In this document: positions 9,228-19,593 of the stretch, piece by piece
How positions within the stretch are numbered: the stretch's first letter is position 1
Layout of the letters: each line of letters starts with the position of its first letter
From: Alphaproteobacteria bacterium
Lineage (GTDB): Bacteria > Pseudomonadota > Alphaproteobacteria > UBA6615
DNA length: 64,000 nt
Direction: 5' to 3'
Assembly (NCBI GenBank): GCA_965205535.1
Contig: CBDBHH010000005.1
Coordinates: 266,712-330,711 of the forward strand
Notes under the pieces: model-generated
The model's database searches: none
The model's input: only the letters and a program-made list of their open reading frames with translations
Told to the model about the DNA's origin: nothing
Made by a program: the position numbers and the translations under genes

Positions 9228-10519
9228 CGCGAAAACGCCGCCACCAGTTCCACATGCCCCGACCAGACGAACTGGTCGACCGGCGTGACCCGCTCCAGGG
9301 AAAAGCCACCCTCGGCCAGGGTCAGCGCGTCGCGGGCGAAGGTCGTGGGATTGCACGACACGGCGACGACCCGTGACGCATCGCTCTGGGCGATTTCCCC
9401 GGCCTGGGCCGCCGCCCCGGCGCGAGGCGGGTCAAACACAATCGTCTCGATACGCCTGAAGTCCGCCGCCGCCATCGGCTGGCGTACCAGGTCACGCGTC
9501 TCGGCCGTCACCTGGCCACCGAACCCCGCAGTCCCGGCAGCACGGGCCAACGCCGCGATGGCAGCACTGTCCCCATCCACGGCCATGACCGACGCCCCTG
9601 CCGCGGCCAGCGGCAGGGCAAAGGTCCCCACCCCGCAATAGAGATCGGCCACCCGCGCGCCTTCAGTCGACTCAACCACCAGCCCCGCCAGCACCCGTTC
9701 GGCCTCCGCGCTGGCCTGCAGGAATACCCCCGGCGGGATTTCGACGGGGATGCCGGAGAGTTCCAGCACCGGTGTGCGATGCAACGCGACCGGTTCGATT
9801 TCGTCCCGGCCGCTGCCTTCCAGCTGCCAGGCGACCCGGGCCAGCCCCTTCGCGTCGGCGAACATGGCCAGCGCCATGCTCGCGTCCGGTCCCGGTTCGT
9901 GGGCGGCCACGATCAGCACGTCGAAGCCGTTGTCGGCGCGTGTCACCGAGACATCCCAACGCGCGCCCGGCGGCACGATATCGGCCAGCACCTCGCGCAG
10001 CTTCGGCACCAGCGCCATCAGTTCAGGATGCACGATCAGGCATTCTTCCAGCTCCACCACATGACGGCTCGCGCGGGTGTGGAACCCGAAGAAGGTCTTC
10101 GAATTTTTCGCACGTGGCCGGAACGCGGCGAAGGTCGCGCGGCGGCGCCCGGCGCTCTCGGTCGGGATCAGAGGCGCGACCAGTTCGGGGTCGAGCCCCA
10201 CCCGCTGTATGGCATTGGTCACCAGTTCGCGCTTCCAGGCGTGATAAGCGTCCATCCCGAGATGCTGGACACTGCAACCACCGCAGGTCGCAAAGTGCCG
10301 GCACGGCGGTGCGGTTCTGTCGTCTGACGGCGCCACGATCTCCAGCAGCTTTGCCTCGAGCCCGTCGCCGCGCTTGTTGATGGCGCGCACCCGCACCTGC
10401 TCACCCGGCAGCGCGCCGGCGATATACAGGCGCCCCCGCTCCCGGCCGCCCGGGTTCTTCGCGATCCCGTCGCCGCGCGGACCGAGGGCCTCGACTTCGA
10501 CCGTCACCTCATCCGTCAT
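9224..10519 (-). CDS. rlmD: 23S rRNA (uracil-C5)-methyltransferase, RumA/RlmD family
   Basis: N-terminal TRAM-like region, Cys cluster (CRHFATCGGCSVQH), C-terminal SAM-MTase motifs (DLYCGVGTF, DPPRAG, SCNP). Confidence 0.75.
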   Translation of the reverse strand: MTDEVTVEVEALGPRGDGIAKNPGGRERGRLYIAGALPGEQVRVRAINKRGDGLEAKLLEIVAPSDDRTAPPCRHFATCGGCSVQHLGMDAYHAWKRELVTNAIQRVGLDPELVAPLIPTESAGRRRATFAAFRPRAKNSKTFFGFHTRASRHVVELEECLIVHPELMALVPKLREVLADIVPPGARWDVSVTRADNGFDVLIVAAHEPGPDASMALAMFADAKGLARVAWQLEGSGRDEIEPVALHRTPVLELSGIPVEIPPGVFLQASAEAERVLAGLVVESTEGARVADLYCGVGTFALPLAAAGASVMAVDGDSAAIAALARAAGTAGFGGQVTAETRDLVRQPMAAADFRRIETIVFDPPRAGAAAQAGEIAQSDASRVVAVSCNPTTFARDALTLAEGGFSLERVTPVDQFVWSGHVELVAAFSR

Positions 10520-11291
10520 AAACCGCCCCAATCAGAAATTCCTTGTTGCCCTCGGGCCCCGTAATCGGGCTCTCGGCCAGCCCGATCACCCGCCAGCCGG
10601 GCCGGCCGTCGATCCAGCGCCGGATACGTGTGCAGACCACCTCGTGCAACACCGGGTCGCGCACCACGCCCTTCTTGCCGACATCGGCCTTGCCGACCTC
10701 GAACTGGGGCTTGATCAGGGCCACCAAGCGCGCACCCGGTGCCGCCAGCGCCATGGCGGCCGGCAGCACGACCTCCAGCCCGATGAAGCTCGCATCACAG
10801 ACGATCGCGTCCACCGGTTCGGGGATGTGCTCCGCTGTCAGGTGCCGGGCGTTGGTCTTCTCCAGCACGACCACCCGTTCGTCGTTGCGCAGTTTCCAGG
10901 CGAATTGACCATGCCCCACGTCGACGGCGTAGACCCGCGCCGCGCCGCGCGCCAGCAGCACGTCCGTGAACCCGCCCGTGGATGCCCCCACATCGATCGC
11001 CACCGCACCGGTCATGTCGATGCCCAGTTCGTCCAGCGCCTGATCCAGCTTCAGCCCGCCCCGGCTGACCCAGGGATGATCCTGGCCGCGCAGCTCCAGC
11101 GGCGCATCGTCGGCGATGCTCTCGCCCGCCTTCTCGACCCGGCGCTCACCGGAGAAGATCTTCCCCGCCAGTATAAGCGCCTGGGCGCGCGAGCGCGTTT
11201 CCACGAGCCCGCGGTCGACCAGCGCCACATCGGCGCGGGTCCTGGCGGGTTTCTTCGGCGGTGATGTTTTTTCCTGTGCCACGGGGATCAC
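10509..11291 (-). CDS. tlyA: TlyA-family rRNA (cytidine-2'-O)-methyltransferase
   Basis: S4-like N-terminus (RADVALVDRGLVETRSRAQALI) plus FtsJ-like MTase motifs (DVGASTGGFTDVLL, DASFI). Confidence 0.75.
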   Translation of the reverse strand: MIPVAQEKTSPPKKPARTRADVALVDRGLVETRSRAQALILAGKIFSGERRVEKAGESIADDAPLELRGQDHPWVSRGGLKLDQALDELGIDMTGAVAIDVGASTGGFTDVLLARGAARVYAVDVGHGQFAWKLRNDERVVVLEKTNARHLTAEHIPEPVDAIVCDASFIGLEVVLPAAMALAAPGARLVALIKPQFEVGKADVGKKGVVRDPVLHEVVCTRIRRWIDGRPGWRVIGLAESPITGPEGNKEFLIGAVYDG

Positions 11292-11307
11292 GTAGCACGA
11301 GTGGGCG

Positions 11308-13121
11308 TTACCCGCGCAATCGCTTCGTTTCGGCCTCGTCGATCTCCATCTCGTCTGTCAGCGCCACGCCGTAGCGTTCCCGCGCGGCCTCGCGGGAGAC
11401 ATAACCGTCGATGACGTCATCGCGGACCCGTTCCGGCTCACGCTCGAACGCGGGGCCATACCCGCCGCCGCCATCGGCCCTGAACAGAATCTCGTCGCCC
11501 GGCCCGAACTCCCCGCGATACATGCCGACATGTTTGCGCAAGGGATCGGAGTTGCCCCAGACCTCGTCATTGTCGGAATAGACGACGATGTCGCGGGCCC
11601 AGCGCGCCTCCCAGTCGGGGTCTTCGGGGTTGGGCTTGAGGATACCGAGGTTCATCGGCCCGGCCTCGCCGCCCTCCATGCCCCAGCCGGGGTCTTGGAT
11701 TTCTTCACGATGCTCAACGCGCCAAACCCGTCGAGGAACCGGAAGTTGCGCACGGTCCCCAGCCCGCCCCGGTTACGGCCCGGCCCACCGGAATCCTGGT
11801 TCAGGCCCGATTCCGTGACCATCACCGGCAAACGCGATTCGATCACCTCGACCGGCACGTTCTTGAGCGTGCACATGGAGATGTGGTGGACCGCGTTCAT
11901 GCCATCCATGTCGGCGCGCGCACCCCATCCCATGCCGGCGTTGGTCTGATGCCAGACCTGGCGGCCGGTATGGGGTTCAATCCCGTAGAAACCGGGGTCG
12001 CCCAGATCGCCGCCCGAGCCCGCCGGCATTGCTTCCGGCATGGCTGCGGCCAGCGCCTTGTAGATGGTCTCGATCGCGACCACGCTCGCCCAGATGGTGA
12101 ACACCGGCGCGGGGTAGACCGCATGAAACAGATTGCCCTCGGGCGCGATCACTTCGATTGGCCGGAACTGGCCGCCATTGGACGGCTCGTCCGGGGTGGT
12201 CAGGGACTTGAAGACGATCCGGCACACCGCATGGGTCATGCCGATAGCCAGGTTGATCGGCCCCCGCACCCGGTCGCTGGACCCTGAGAAATCGACCGTC
12301 ATGCCGTTGTCGTCGAGGGTGACCTTCACATGGACGCGCACCAGCCGGTCCCGGTCCACGCCGTCATTGTCCATCCAGTTTTCAGCCTCCCAGGTGCCTT
12401 TCGGGAGTTCCGAGAGGGCTGCGCGGGCCTGCGCCTCGCCCACGTCCAGGAACCGGTCGATCGCCGCCTCGACGGTGGCCTCGCCATATTTGGCGTAGAG
12501 CTCTTCCATCCGTTCACAGCCGACCCGCAGGGAGGCGATCTCGGCATTCATGTCGCCCATGATGGTGACCGGCGCGCGGGAGTTGGCGCGCATGATCTGC
12601 AGGGCGGTCTCGTTCGGCACCCCGCCCTCGACGATCTTGATCCCGGGCATCATCAGGCCTTCCTGATGGATCGAGGTGGAATCGAGGATATATCCCGGAT
12701 CCTTGCCGCCGATATCGGTCCAGTGGGCGCGCACGCAGGTATAGGCGACCAGTTCTCCCTCGTGGAATGCGCCCTGCACCAGGATCGCGTCGTTGGTGTG
12801 GGTGCCGGTCACATAGGGGATGCTCATCATCAGCACATCGCCGGGGGCGAGATCGTCGAACAGACCCATGTCCCGGCACTTCAGGACCGCATATTCGTTG
12901 GCGCCGAGGAACACCGACAGGCCGGTGGAATCGCCGAGCAACCGAAGCTTCCGGTCAAAGATCGACAGCCCGAAATCGTTGATCTCGTAGATGATCGTCG
13001 AATAGGCGGTGCGCACGAGGGTGCGTTCCATCTCGCGCGCCGCCGACACGATGTAATGGCGGATCACCTCGATGGTCGCGGCATCCACGGCGTCGGCCTT
13101 CTGCTTGGTCGCGGTGCTCAT
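11308..13121 (-). pseudogene. hyuB: N-methylhydantoinase B / 5-oxoprolinase subunit (HyuB family) with an apparent 1-nt deletion frameshift near 11686
   Basis: The 489 aa ORF (13121..11652) matches HyuB up to ...SIVKKSKTP, then loses frame. The conserved continuation WGMEGGEAGPMNLG...YGPAFER is in the overlapping 123 aa ORF 11679..11308. Restoring one C in ccggc(c)tgggg gives KTPAWGMEGGEAG. Confidence 0.6.
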
Positions 13122-15711
13122 GCATCTGTCTCCGGTGTGATGACAATCTGGCCGAACGGGTCGATCGTGGCCGTCTGGTCGCTGAAATAGACGACCGTGG
13201 TCGTCGCCTCCTCAATCACCGCCGGGCCGGGCAGCACGTCGCCGGCGAGCAGGCTCTCGCGGTCATAGATCGCAAACTCCGCTGTATCTCCCGTGGCGAA
13301 ACAATAGGCCGCGCGGGTCGCGCGCGGCGCGGGCGCATCCCCCGCACCCCGTTCGTCGATCCGGGGCAGTTCCGGCTTGGGCTCGCGACCGATGCCACGC
13401 ACCCGCAGATTGACGAGCTGCACGGGGTCTTCCATGGCGTGGCCGTAGCGGCGGAGATGGGCTTCGTCACAGCGTTTGCGGATTTCGTCCAGGCTGTCGG
13501 CGCCATCGATCGACACTTCCAGGGTGTGTTCCTGGCCGAAATAGCGCAGCTCGGCGGCATGCTCGACCAGTTGGGCACTCTCGGGAAAACCGGCATCGAC
13601 GAGGTCGGCCCGGGCGCTGTCGGCGAGATCTCCGACCGCCTTGGTCAGGTCTGCCATCTCGATATCGTCGAGCAGCAGCAGCACTGTCCGCGCGTATTCC
13701 TGGACGATATCGGTCATCAGCATGCCCCAGGCAGAGAACACCGACGAGGCCTGGGGGATGATCACCTCCCGCACCCCCATCTCGCGGCCCACGAGCGGCA
13801 CGAACATGCCCCCGCCGCCGCCGAAGCCCAGCATCGAGAATTCCCGGGGGTCGAGCCCCGCCTCGACGGTGATCTCGCGCACCGCGCTGACGGTCTTGGC
13901 CAGCAGCACCTCGTAGATGCCGCGACAGGCCGCCACGAGATCGATCTCCAGGGGATCGGCCACATGGGTCCGCACCGCGGCCTCGGCCCCGGCGACATCA
14001 AGGGTCATCTCGCCGCCAAGGAAGCGCGCGGGGTCGATATAGCCCATGGCCAGCACCGCATCGGTAAACGCCGGTTCCGTGCCGCCCTTGCCGTAGCAGA
14101 CCGGCCCGGGTACCGCGCCCGCCGATTGCGGGCCGACCCGCAGCAAACCGTTCTCGGCCCGGGCCAGGGAGCCGCCGCCCGCGCCGATGGTCGAGATGTC
14201 GTAGGTCGGGATCATCAGGGGCAGGTTTTCCAGCGCGGCCTCGTATTTCAGCGCCGGCTGACCGTTGTGCACCACACAGGCGTCCGTCGAGGTGCCGCCC
14301 ATATCGACCGCGATCATGTTCGGGCGATCGGTCAGTTCCGACAGGGCCACCGTGCCGATCAGCCCGCCCGCCGGGCCGGAGAAGATGGTGTGAACCGGCA
14401 CGTCGGCCGACACCCGGGCCTGCAGCGCACCGCCGCCCGACCGCGTGATGTAGAAGGCACCGTCGAACCCGGCCGCACCGAGATTAGACTCAAGCCCGGC
14501 GACATAGGTCTGGAAGATCGGCTTTACATAGGCGTTCACGACCGTGGTCGAGGTGCGTTCATATTCGCGATACTCGCGCACGATATCTGCCGAGACGGAC
14601 ACCGCCACATCGGGATACATCTCCTCGATAATTGCCTTGGCGCGCAATTCATGGTCGGGATTGCGATAGGCGTGGAGGAAGCACACGGCGATCGACGTGC
14701 GGCCCTGTTCTTCGACAAGCCGCGTGGCAGCGGCGCGCAGTGCGGCCTCATCCAGGGGCTCGATCTCCTCGCCCTGGGCGTTCAGGCGCCCGGGCACACC
14801 GTGCCGGTAGCGCTTGGCGATAAGCACCGGCGGGTCGTCATAGGTGAGCATGTACATCTTCTCGCGCGGCCGGTGATAACGGCCGGTCTCGAAGACATCC
14901 TCGAAGCCTTCGTTCGTGATGATGCCCGTGGCTGCCCCTTTGCGCTCCAGCACCGTGTTGAGGCCGAGCGTCGTGCCATGCACGAAGGTCTCTACATCGG
15001 CCAGGGACAGATCGAGCCGGCCGATGGCGCTCAGCAGCGCGGTGGCGGCCTGGGGGCGTTCGAGGGGCGGCATGTGGCCGCAATCCTCGACGATGGAAAG
15101 GCGCCCGCGGGGCGCCAGGTCGGCGATTTCCTGATGTTCCTCGACACTCGTCAGCGCATCCGACCGGCCGACAATGGCGCGCACGGGGATGTCGGTGCCT
15201 TGCAGCAGCTCGCGGGAATCTTCGCGGGTCTGCATCGCCCGGTGGCGGTCGGCGAACAGATCCGGCCCGACGCGATGACCCATGGCACGAACCCGCGCGG
15301 CCAGTGGGTCTTCGTGGCGATCCGGATGCAGCAACAGCAGCAGGTACCGGTCGATCAGATCATCGAAACGGTCACCCTCGCAATCGGCAATGGCCGCGTC
15401 CCGGCTCGCCGCCTTCTCCGGCGTGTCGCTACGCCCGAGGTGTCCAGTAGGGCGATTCGTTCGACCCGATGGGGCGCCTGGCGCAGCACCTCGAGCGCCA
15501 CATAGCCGCCCATGGAGAAACCGGCGATGGCGAACGTCTTGGGCGCCAGATCGAGGACCGCCTCGGCGAGCCCCTGCATGGTGTCGGTCTCGTCGGCGGG
15601 TGCGATGGTAATGTCTGCGACATCGGACAGATAGGCGCGCCCATGGGCCCACACCTCCTGATCGCAGATCAGGCCCGGCACCAGGACCAGGTTCCGGTCA
15701 GCGCTTGGCAT
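13118..15711 (-). pseudogene. hyuA: alpha/beta-hydrolase (frameshifted near 15437) fused in frame to N-terminally truncated N-methylhydantoinase A (HyuA)
   Basis: ORF 15711..15355 is the hydrolase N-terminus (GFSMGG nucleophile elbow). Its C-terminus (DTPEKAA...VEDCGHMPPLERPQAATALLSAIGRL) continues in the 844 aa frame and runs without a stop into HyuA sequence starting at ...ADVETFVHGTTLGLNTVLERKGA. No GIDVGGTFTD N-terminus is found in any frame. The 3' end overlaps the hyuB start (ATGA). Confidence 0.5.
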
Positions 15712-15861
15712 ATCGTTTCCCCGAAAATTTGTTTCTTCTTGATTGAGCGAAGCTTAGGCCTCCCCACCATCATGTGAAAGACCGGGCATGACAGTGTTTG
15801 TCTCGCTCATCTCGCGCTAAGATCACCCCAACGACAAGATCATACGACCGGGGGAATTTTC

Positions 15862-16785
15862 ATGACGCAACGTATCGGACTGGTGGGCATGGGCCTGATG
15901 GGCCAGGCCTTCATCAAAAACATGCGCGAACGCCAGTTCATCGTGCAGGGCTTCGACACCGACCCGGCCCGGATGGACCAGCTCGCCGAGGCCGGCGGCC
16001 ACCCGGCAGCCACACCGGCCGAGGCGGCCAAAGGCGTGGACCGGGTCATCGTGTCCCTGCCCACCAGCGACATCGCCCGCGCCGTCATCTTCGAAGACGG
16101 CAACGGGCTTGCGGCCGGCGCGGAAGACAACCTCATCATCATGGACACGACGACCGCGCGCCCCGAAGACGCCGAGCGCACGGCCGCGGAGCTCAAGGAG
16201 ATGGGCATCAGCTATCTCGACAGCACCGTCAGCGGCACTTCGACCATGGCCCAGGCTGGCGATCTGGTGGTCATCGTTGGCGGCGAGGAGGCCGACTTCG
16301 AGGCCTGCCGCGAGGCCTTCGCCGGCTTCTCGCGGGCGGCCTATTACATGGGCCCGTCGGGTTCGGGCGCCCGCACCAAGCTGATCATCAACCTGATCCT
16401 GGCCGGCAACCGCCTCGCCATGGCCGAGGGGATGTTGCTCGGTGAGAAGGCGGGCCTCGACGCCAACAACCTCCTGTCGGTGATCCAGGACGGGGCGTGC
16501 AGCTCCAAGACCATGATCGACAAGGGCCCGAAGATGATCGACGCCGACTTCTCCCAACAGGGTAAGGTCGCGATCAGCCTGAAGGACTCGCGCCTGATGA
16601 TGGACATGGGCCGGAGCCTCGGGGCGCCGACCATGATGATCCAGGTCTACTCCCAGATCATGCAGGCTGCGCTTGAGAAGGGTTACGGCCAGAAGGACAC
16701 GGTCGCCTTCTACGAGATCATGCGCGGCATGGCCGGGCTCGAGGAACGCGAAGGTATCGACGACGTGCCGATGGAAAAGGGATAG
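15862..16785 (+). CDS. NAD-binding 3-hydroxyisobutyrate/6-phosphogluconate dehydrogenase-family oxidoreductase
   Basis: N-terminal Rossmann motif IGLVGMGLMGQAF; 307 aa HIBADH-like. Confidence 0.75.
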   Translation: MTQRIGLVGMGLMGQAFIKNMRERQFIVQGFDTDPARMDQLAEAGGHPAATPAEAAKGVDRVIVSLPTSDIARAVIFEDGNGLAAGAEDNLIIMDTTTARPEDAERTAAELKEMGISYLDSTVSGTSTMAQAGDLVVIVGGEEADFEACREAFAGFSRAAYYMGPSGSGARTKLIINLILAGNRLAMAEGMLLGEKAGLDANNLLSVIQDGACSSKTMIDKGPKMIDADFSQQGKVAISLKDSRLMMDMGRSLGAPTMMIQVYSQIMQAALEKGYGQKDTVAFYEIMRGMAGLEEREGIDDVPMEKG

Positions 16786-16792
16786 CGTCCCC

Positions 16793-17965
16793 ATGCCCTC
16801 CATCTCCTCTGCCCTCAACATCGAAGACCTGCGCCTGCTCGCGAAGAAGCGCCTGACCAAGGGGCTGTTCGAATTCTGCGACCGGGGCTCGGAAGACGAC
16901 GTGGCGCTGCGCCACAACCGGGGGGCGCTGGAGCGGATAAAACTCAGATCACGCGTGCTCAACGACACGTCCCAACGCCACACGAAATCCGAGATCTTCG
17001 GCAAGCCCGTCGACATGCCCGTGGTCATCGGCCCGACGGGGCCGGCGGGCTTCGTCTGGTACCGGGGCGAGACCGCGCTGGCCCAGGCGGCCGCCAAGGC
17101 GGGGATTCCCTTCACGGTTGCCAGCACGTCGAACACGCCCATGGAGCAGATCGTCGAGAATGGCGGCGGCGGGCGGCTCTGGTATCACCTGTATGTCTGG
17201 GATGACATGGAGGCGTCCCTGAAGGCCGTCCCGCGCGCCGAGGCGGCGGGCTTCGAGGCGCTGGTGCTGACCGTCGATTCGACGATCCCCTATAATCGCG
17301 AGTTCGACTATCGCAACGGCACCACGATGCCGGTGCGGCTGAACCCCAAAACCATTAAGGATCTGGCGACCCACCCGCGCTGGCTGTTCGGCACCGTGGG
17401 GCGCTATCTGATGGCCGACGGGCACCTGCCCCGCTACGTCAACATCGACATGCCCGAGGGGCTGTCGTCCACCGGCGTGCGCGACTTCCTGTTCAAGAAC
17501 GACACCCTGGACTGGGAGTTTTTGAAGCGGATACGCGACATGTGGCCCCGCAAGCTGGTGGTCAAGGGCATCCTCCATGCCGACGACGCCGCGAAATGCG
17601 CCGAATACGGCGTGGACGCGGTGGTGATCTCCAACCATGGCGGGATAGCGTCGGACGCCGCCCTGGCGCCCATCGACGTGTTGCCCTCGGTGGTCCGCGA
17701 AGTGGGAGACAAGATGACCGTGATCGTCGATTCCGGTTTCCGGCGCGGATCCGACATCCTCAAGGGACTGGCCCTGGGCGCCGACGCGGTGATCATCGGC
17801 CGGGCGACGTTGTATGGGGTTTCGGCGGCCGGTGAACCCGGCGCCACCCGGGCCCTGGAGATCCTCCAGACCGAGCTGCGCCGGACCATGGGCGTGCTCG
17901 CCCTCACCGACCTGGCGGACATCACTCGTGATTATGTCGTCCTGCCCCACGAGCTGCCGCTCTAG
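16793..17965 (+). CDS. FMN-dependent alpha-hydroxy-acid dehydrogenase (L-lactate dehydrogenase/glycolate oxidase family)
   Basis: Conserved segments (VVKGILHADDA, VISNHGG, DSGFRRGSDILKGLALGADAV); the start was chosen at ATG 16793 (MPSISSALNIEDLR). Confidence 0.8.
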   Translation: MPSISSALNIEDLRLLAKKRLTKGLFEFCDRGSEDDVALRHNRGALERIKLRSRVLNDTSQRHTKSEIFGKPVDMPVVIGPTGPAGFVWYRGETALAQAAAKAGIPFTVASTSNTPMEQIVENGGGGRLWYHLYVWDDMEASLKAVPRAEAAGFEALVLTVDSTIPYNREFDYRNGTTMPVRLNPKTIKDLATHPRWLFGTVGRYLMADGHLPRYVNIDMPEGLSSTGVRDFLFKNDTLDWEFLKRIRDMWPRKLVVKGILHADDAAKCAEYGVDAVVISNHGGIASDAALAPIDVLPSVVREVGDKMTVIVDSGFRRGSDILKGLALGADAVIIGRATLYGVSAAGEPGATRALEILQTELRRTMGVLALTDLADITRDYVVLPHELPL

Positions 17966-18031
17966 GCAGCTCATAAACATAGGTGCTGCCGCTCTAGGCA
18001 GCTCATAAACATAGGTGCTGCCGCTCTAGGC
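17953..18031. repeat. 2.5 tandem copies of a 32-bp unit (gctgccgctctaggcagctcataaacataggt), each containing a 6-bp-stem hairpin
   Basis: Direct reading: unit 1 at 17953-17984 includes the stop codon of the upstream CDS, unit 2 at 17985-18016, partial unit 3 at 18017-18031; gctgcc...ggcagc are inverted repeats. Confidence 0.8.
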
Positions 18032-18299
18032 CCGGCAGAACAGTCTGAATATTGAGTTCGCACCGCGCAAATGGGTCATATTTGATCCAATTGATGACCG
18101 GGAATCACATTGTCACGGTATCATGGCATTCAATTCGTTGAACGCGCTTGGAGTTCGCCTGATGCCCCCGGTCCTGACACTCGCCATCGCCGCAACCGCG
18201 GCCATCGTGATCGGCGTCGCGCTCCCCGCGCTGGCTGCCAGCCGGCGCGAAGACAAGTCTCCGCGCAAATAGCAACCGGCGGCGCGCCTTAAACGCAGA

Positions 18300-19499
18300 C
18301 TAATCCTTGTACAGGTAGTCCGCCGCCTTCAGGAACAGGGTCCGGTTGACGCCATCCGAATGCAGGAACGCGGCGGCATCGCGGACGCGCTTCTCCAGCC
18401 CGATCTCCTTCATGAAACCGCTCCCACCATGGATCTCCATGGCCCAGGTCGCGATCTGCCAGCCGATCTGCGAGGCATAGATCTTGGGCAGCGCACCGAG
18501 TGCCGGGTCCCAGGGGACCGTCTCACGGTTGTCGGCAGCCCAGGTGGCTTTCCGGATATAGGTCCGGGCGACATCGAGCATCATATGCATCTCGGCGAGC
18601 TGGGTGCGGATGCCGTCATGCTCGATGAGCGGCTTGCCACCCTGAATACGGTTCTTCGCCCACTCGAGCGTCATCTCGTAGGTCGCAACGGCGTTGCCCA
18701 GCACGGACGCACCGGCATAGGCGTTACTGGCCGGGAAGAAGTCGGCCAGAATCTGGAACCCGTTGCCGACCTCGCCGACCACATCGGCGTCGGGCACGAA
18801 ACAATCCTGGAAAATCATCTCGGCATTGTTGGCGAGCCGCTCACCCATCTTGTTGTGGACCTGGCCGAGGGAGAAGCCCGGGGTTTCGTTCGACAGGATG
18901 AAGCAGGTGCTGCCGCTGAACAGGTCCTTGTCCTTCTCGGTCTGGACGAACAACAGGAACACGTTGGCGCGGTTCGAATTCGACACGAAATGCTTCATGC
19001 CGTTGATCTTCCAGCCGCCATCGACCTTCTCGGCCCGCGTGTTGAACGACCAGTCGCCATGGACGAAATAGTTCGAGCCGTTCTCCGGCTCGGTGATGCC
19101 GATCGCGAGCAGGCCGCGCGGGTCGTCGCGGAAGCGCGGGATGAAACGCTGCTGCTGATCCTCCGACAGCGCCTCCATCATGATCTGCGCGATCTTCAGG
19201 GTTTGGGCCATGACGACCGAGATGCCGATGTCACCTTTGGCCAGCTCCTCAACGACCATGCCGGTGGTGAGATAGTCTGCACCGATCCCGCCCCATTCTT
19301 CCGGCAGGGTCATCGTCCGGATGCCGGCTTCGTCGGACTTCTCCACGATTTCCCAGGAGAAGCTTTCCTCTGGGTCGGCGTTGGCATCGAGATCCCCCGC
19401 CACCGGCAGAATCTCGTCGGTGACGAAGCGCCGGACCGAATCCAGAATCGCTTCCTGCATTTCTGTGATGACGAAGGGTTCACTCATGGTGCTCTCCAA
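18300..19499 (-). CDS. acyl-CoA dehydrogenase family protein
   Basis: 399 aa with ACAD N-, middle- and C-terminal domain signatures (GITEPENGSN..., catalytic region ...YEMTLEWAKNRIQGGKPL...); alternative start at MSEPF (19487). Confidence 0.8.
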   Translation of the reverse strand: MESTMSEPFVITEMQEAILDSVRRFVTDEILPVAGDLDANADPEESFSWEIVEKSDEAGIRTMTLPEEWGGIGADYLTTGMVVEELAKGDIGISVVMAQTLKIAQIMMEALSEDQQQRFIPRFRDDPRGLLAIGITEPENGSNYFVHGDWSFNTRAEKVDGGWKINGMKHFVSNSNRANVFLLFVQTEKDKDLFSGSTCFILSNETPGFSLGQVHNKMGERLANNAEMIFQDCFVPDADVVGEVGNGFQILADFFPASNAYAGASVLGNAVATYEMTLEWAKNRIQGGKPLIEHDGIRTQLAEMHMMLDVARTYIRKATWAADNRETVPWDPALGALPKIYASQIGWQIATWAMEIHGGSGFMKEIGLEKRVRDAAAFLHSDGVNRTLFLKAADYLYKD

Positions 19500-19593
19500 A
19501 GCAGCTGCGCCGCTGGCGGGCGCATGTTCAATCTGTTGTTGGCGGAATTGATACCCACGGCAGGCCTACAGGTCCAGCACCGCAGAACGACGG

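Noticed and set aside
13439-15505. 688-aa plus-strand ORF across the hyuA region
   Set aside because: Antisense to a gene with clear HyuA homology; composition (Arg/Gly/His-rich) is non-protein-like.
15823-17142. 439-aa minus-strand ORF and 18360..19670 plus-strand 436-aa ORF
   Set aside because: Both are antisense to genes with strong family signatures (HIBADH-like/FMN dehydrogenase and acyl-CoA dehydrogenase) and show no motifs of their own.
17953-18031. Tandem repeat considered as a CRISPR array
   Set aside because: Only 2.5 contiguous units with no spacers, no cas genes nearby, and the repeat starts inside a CDS.
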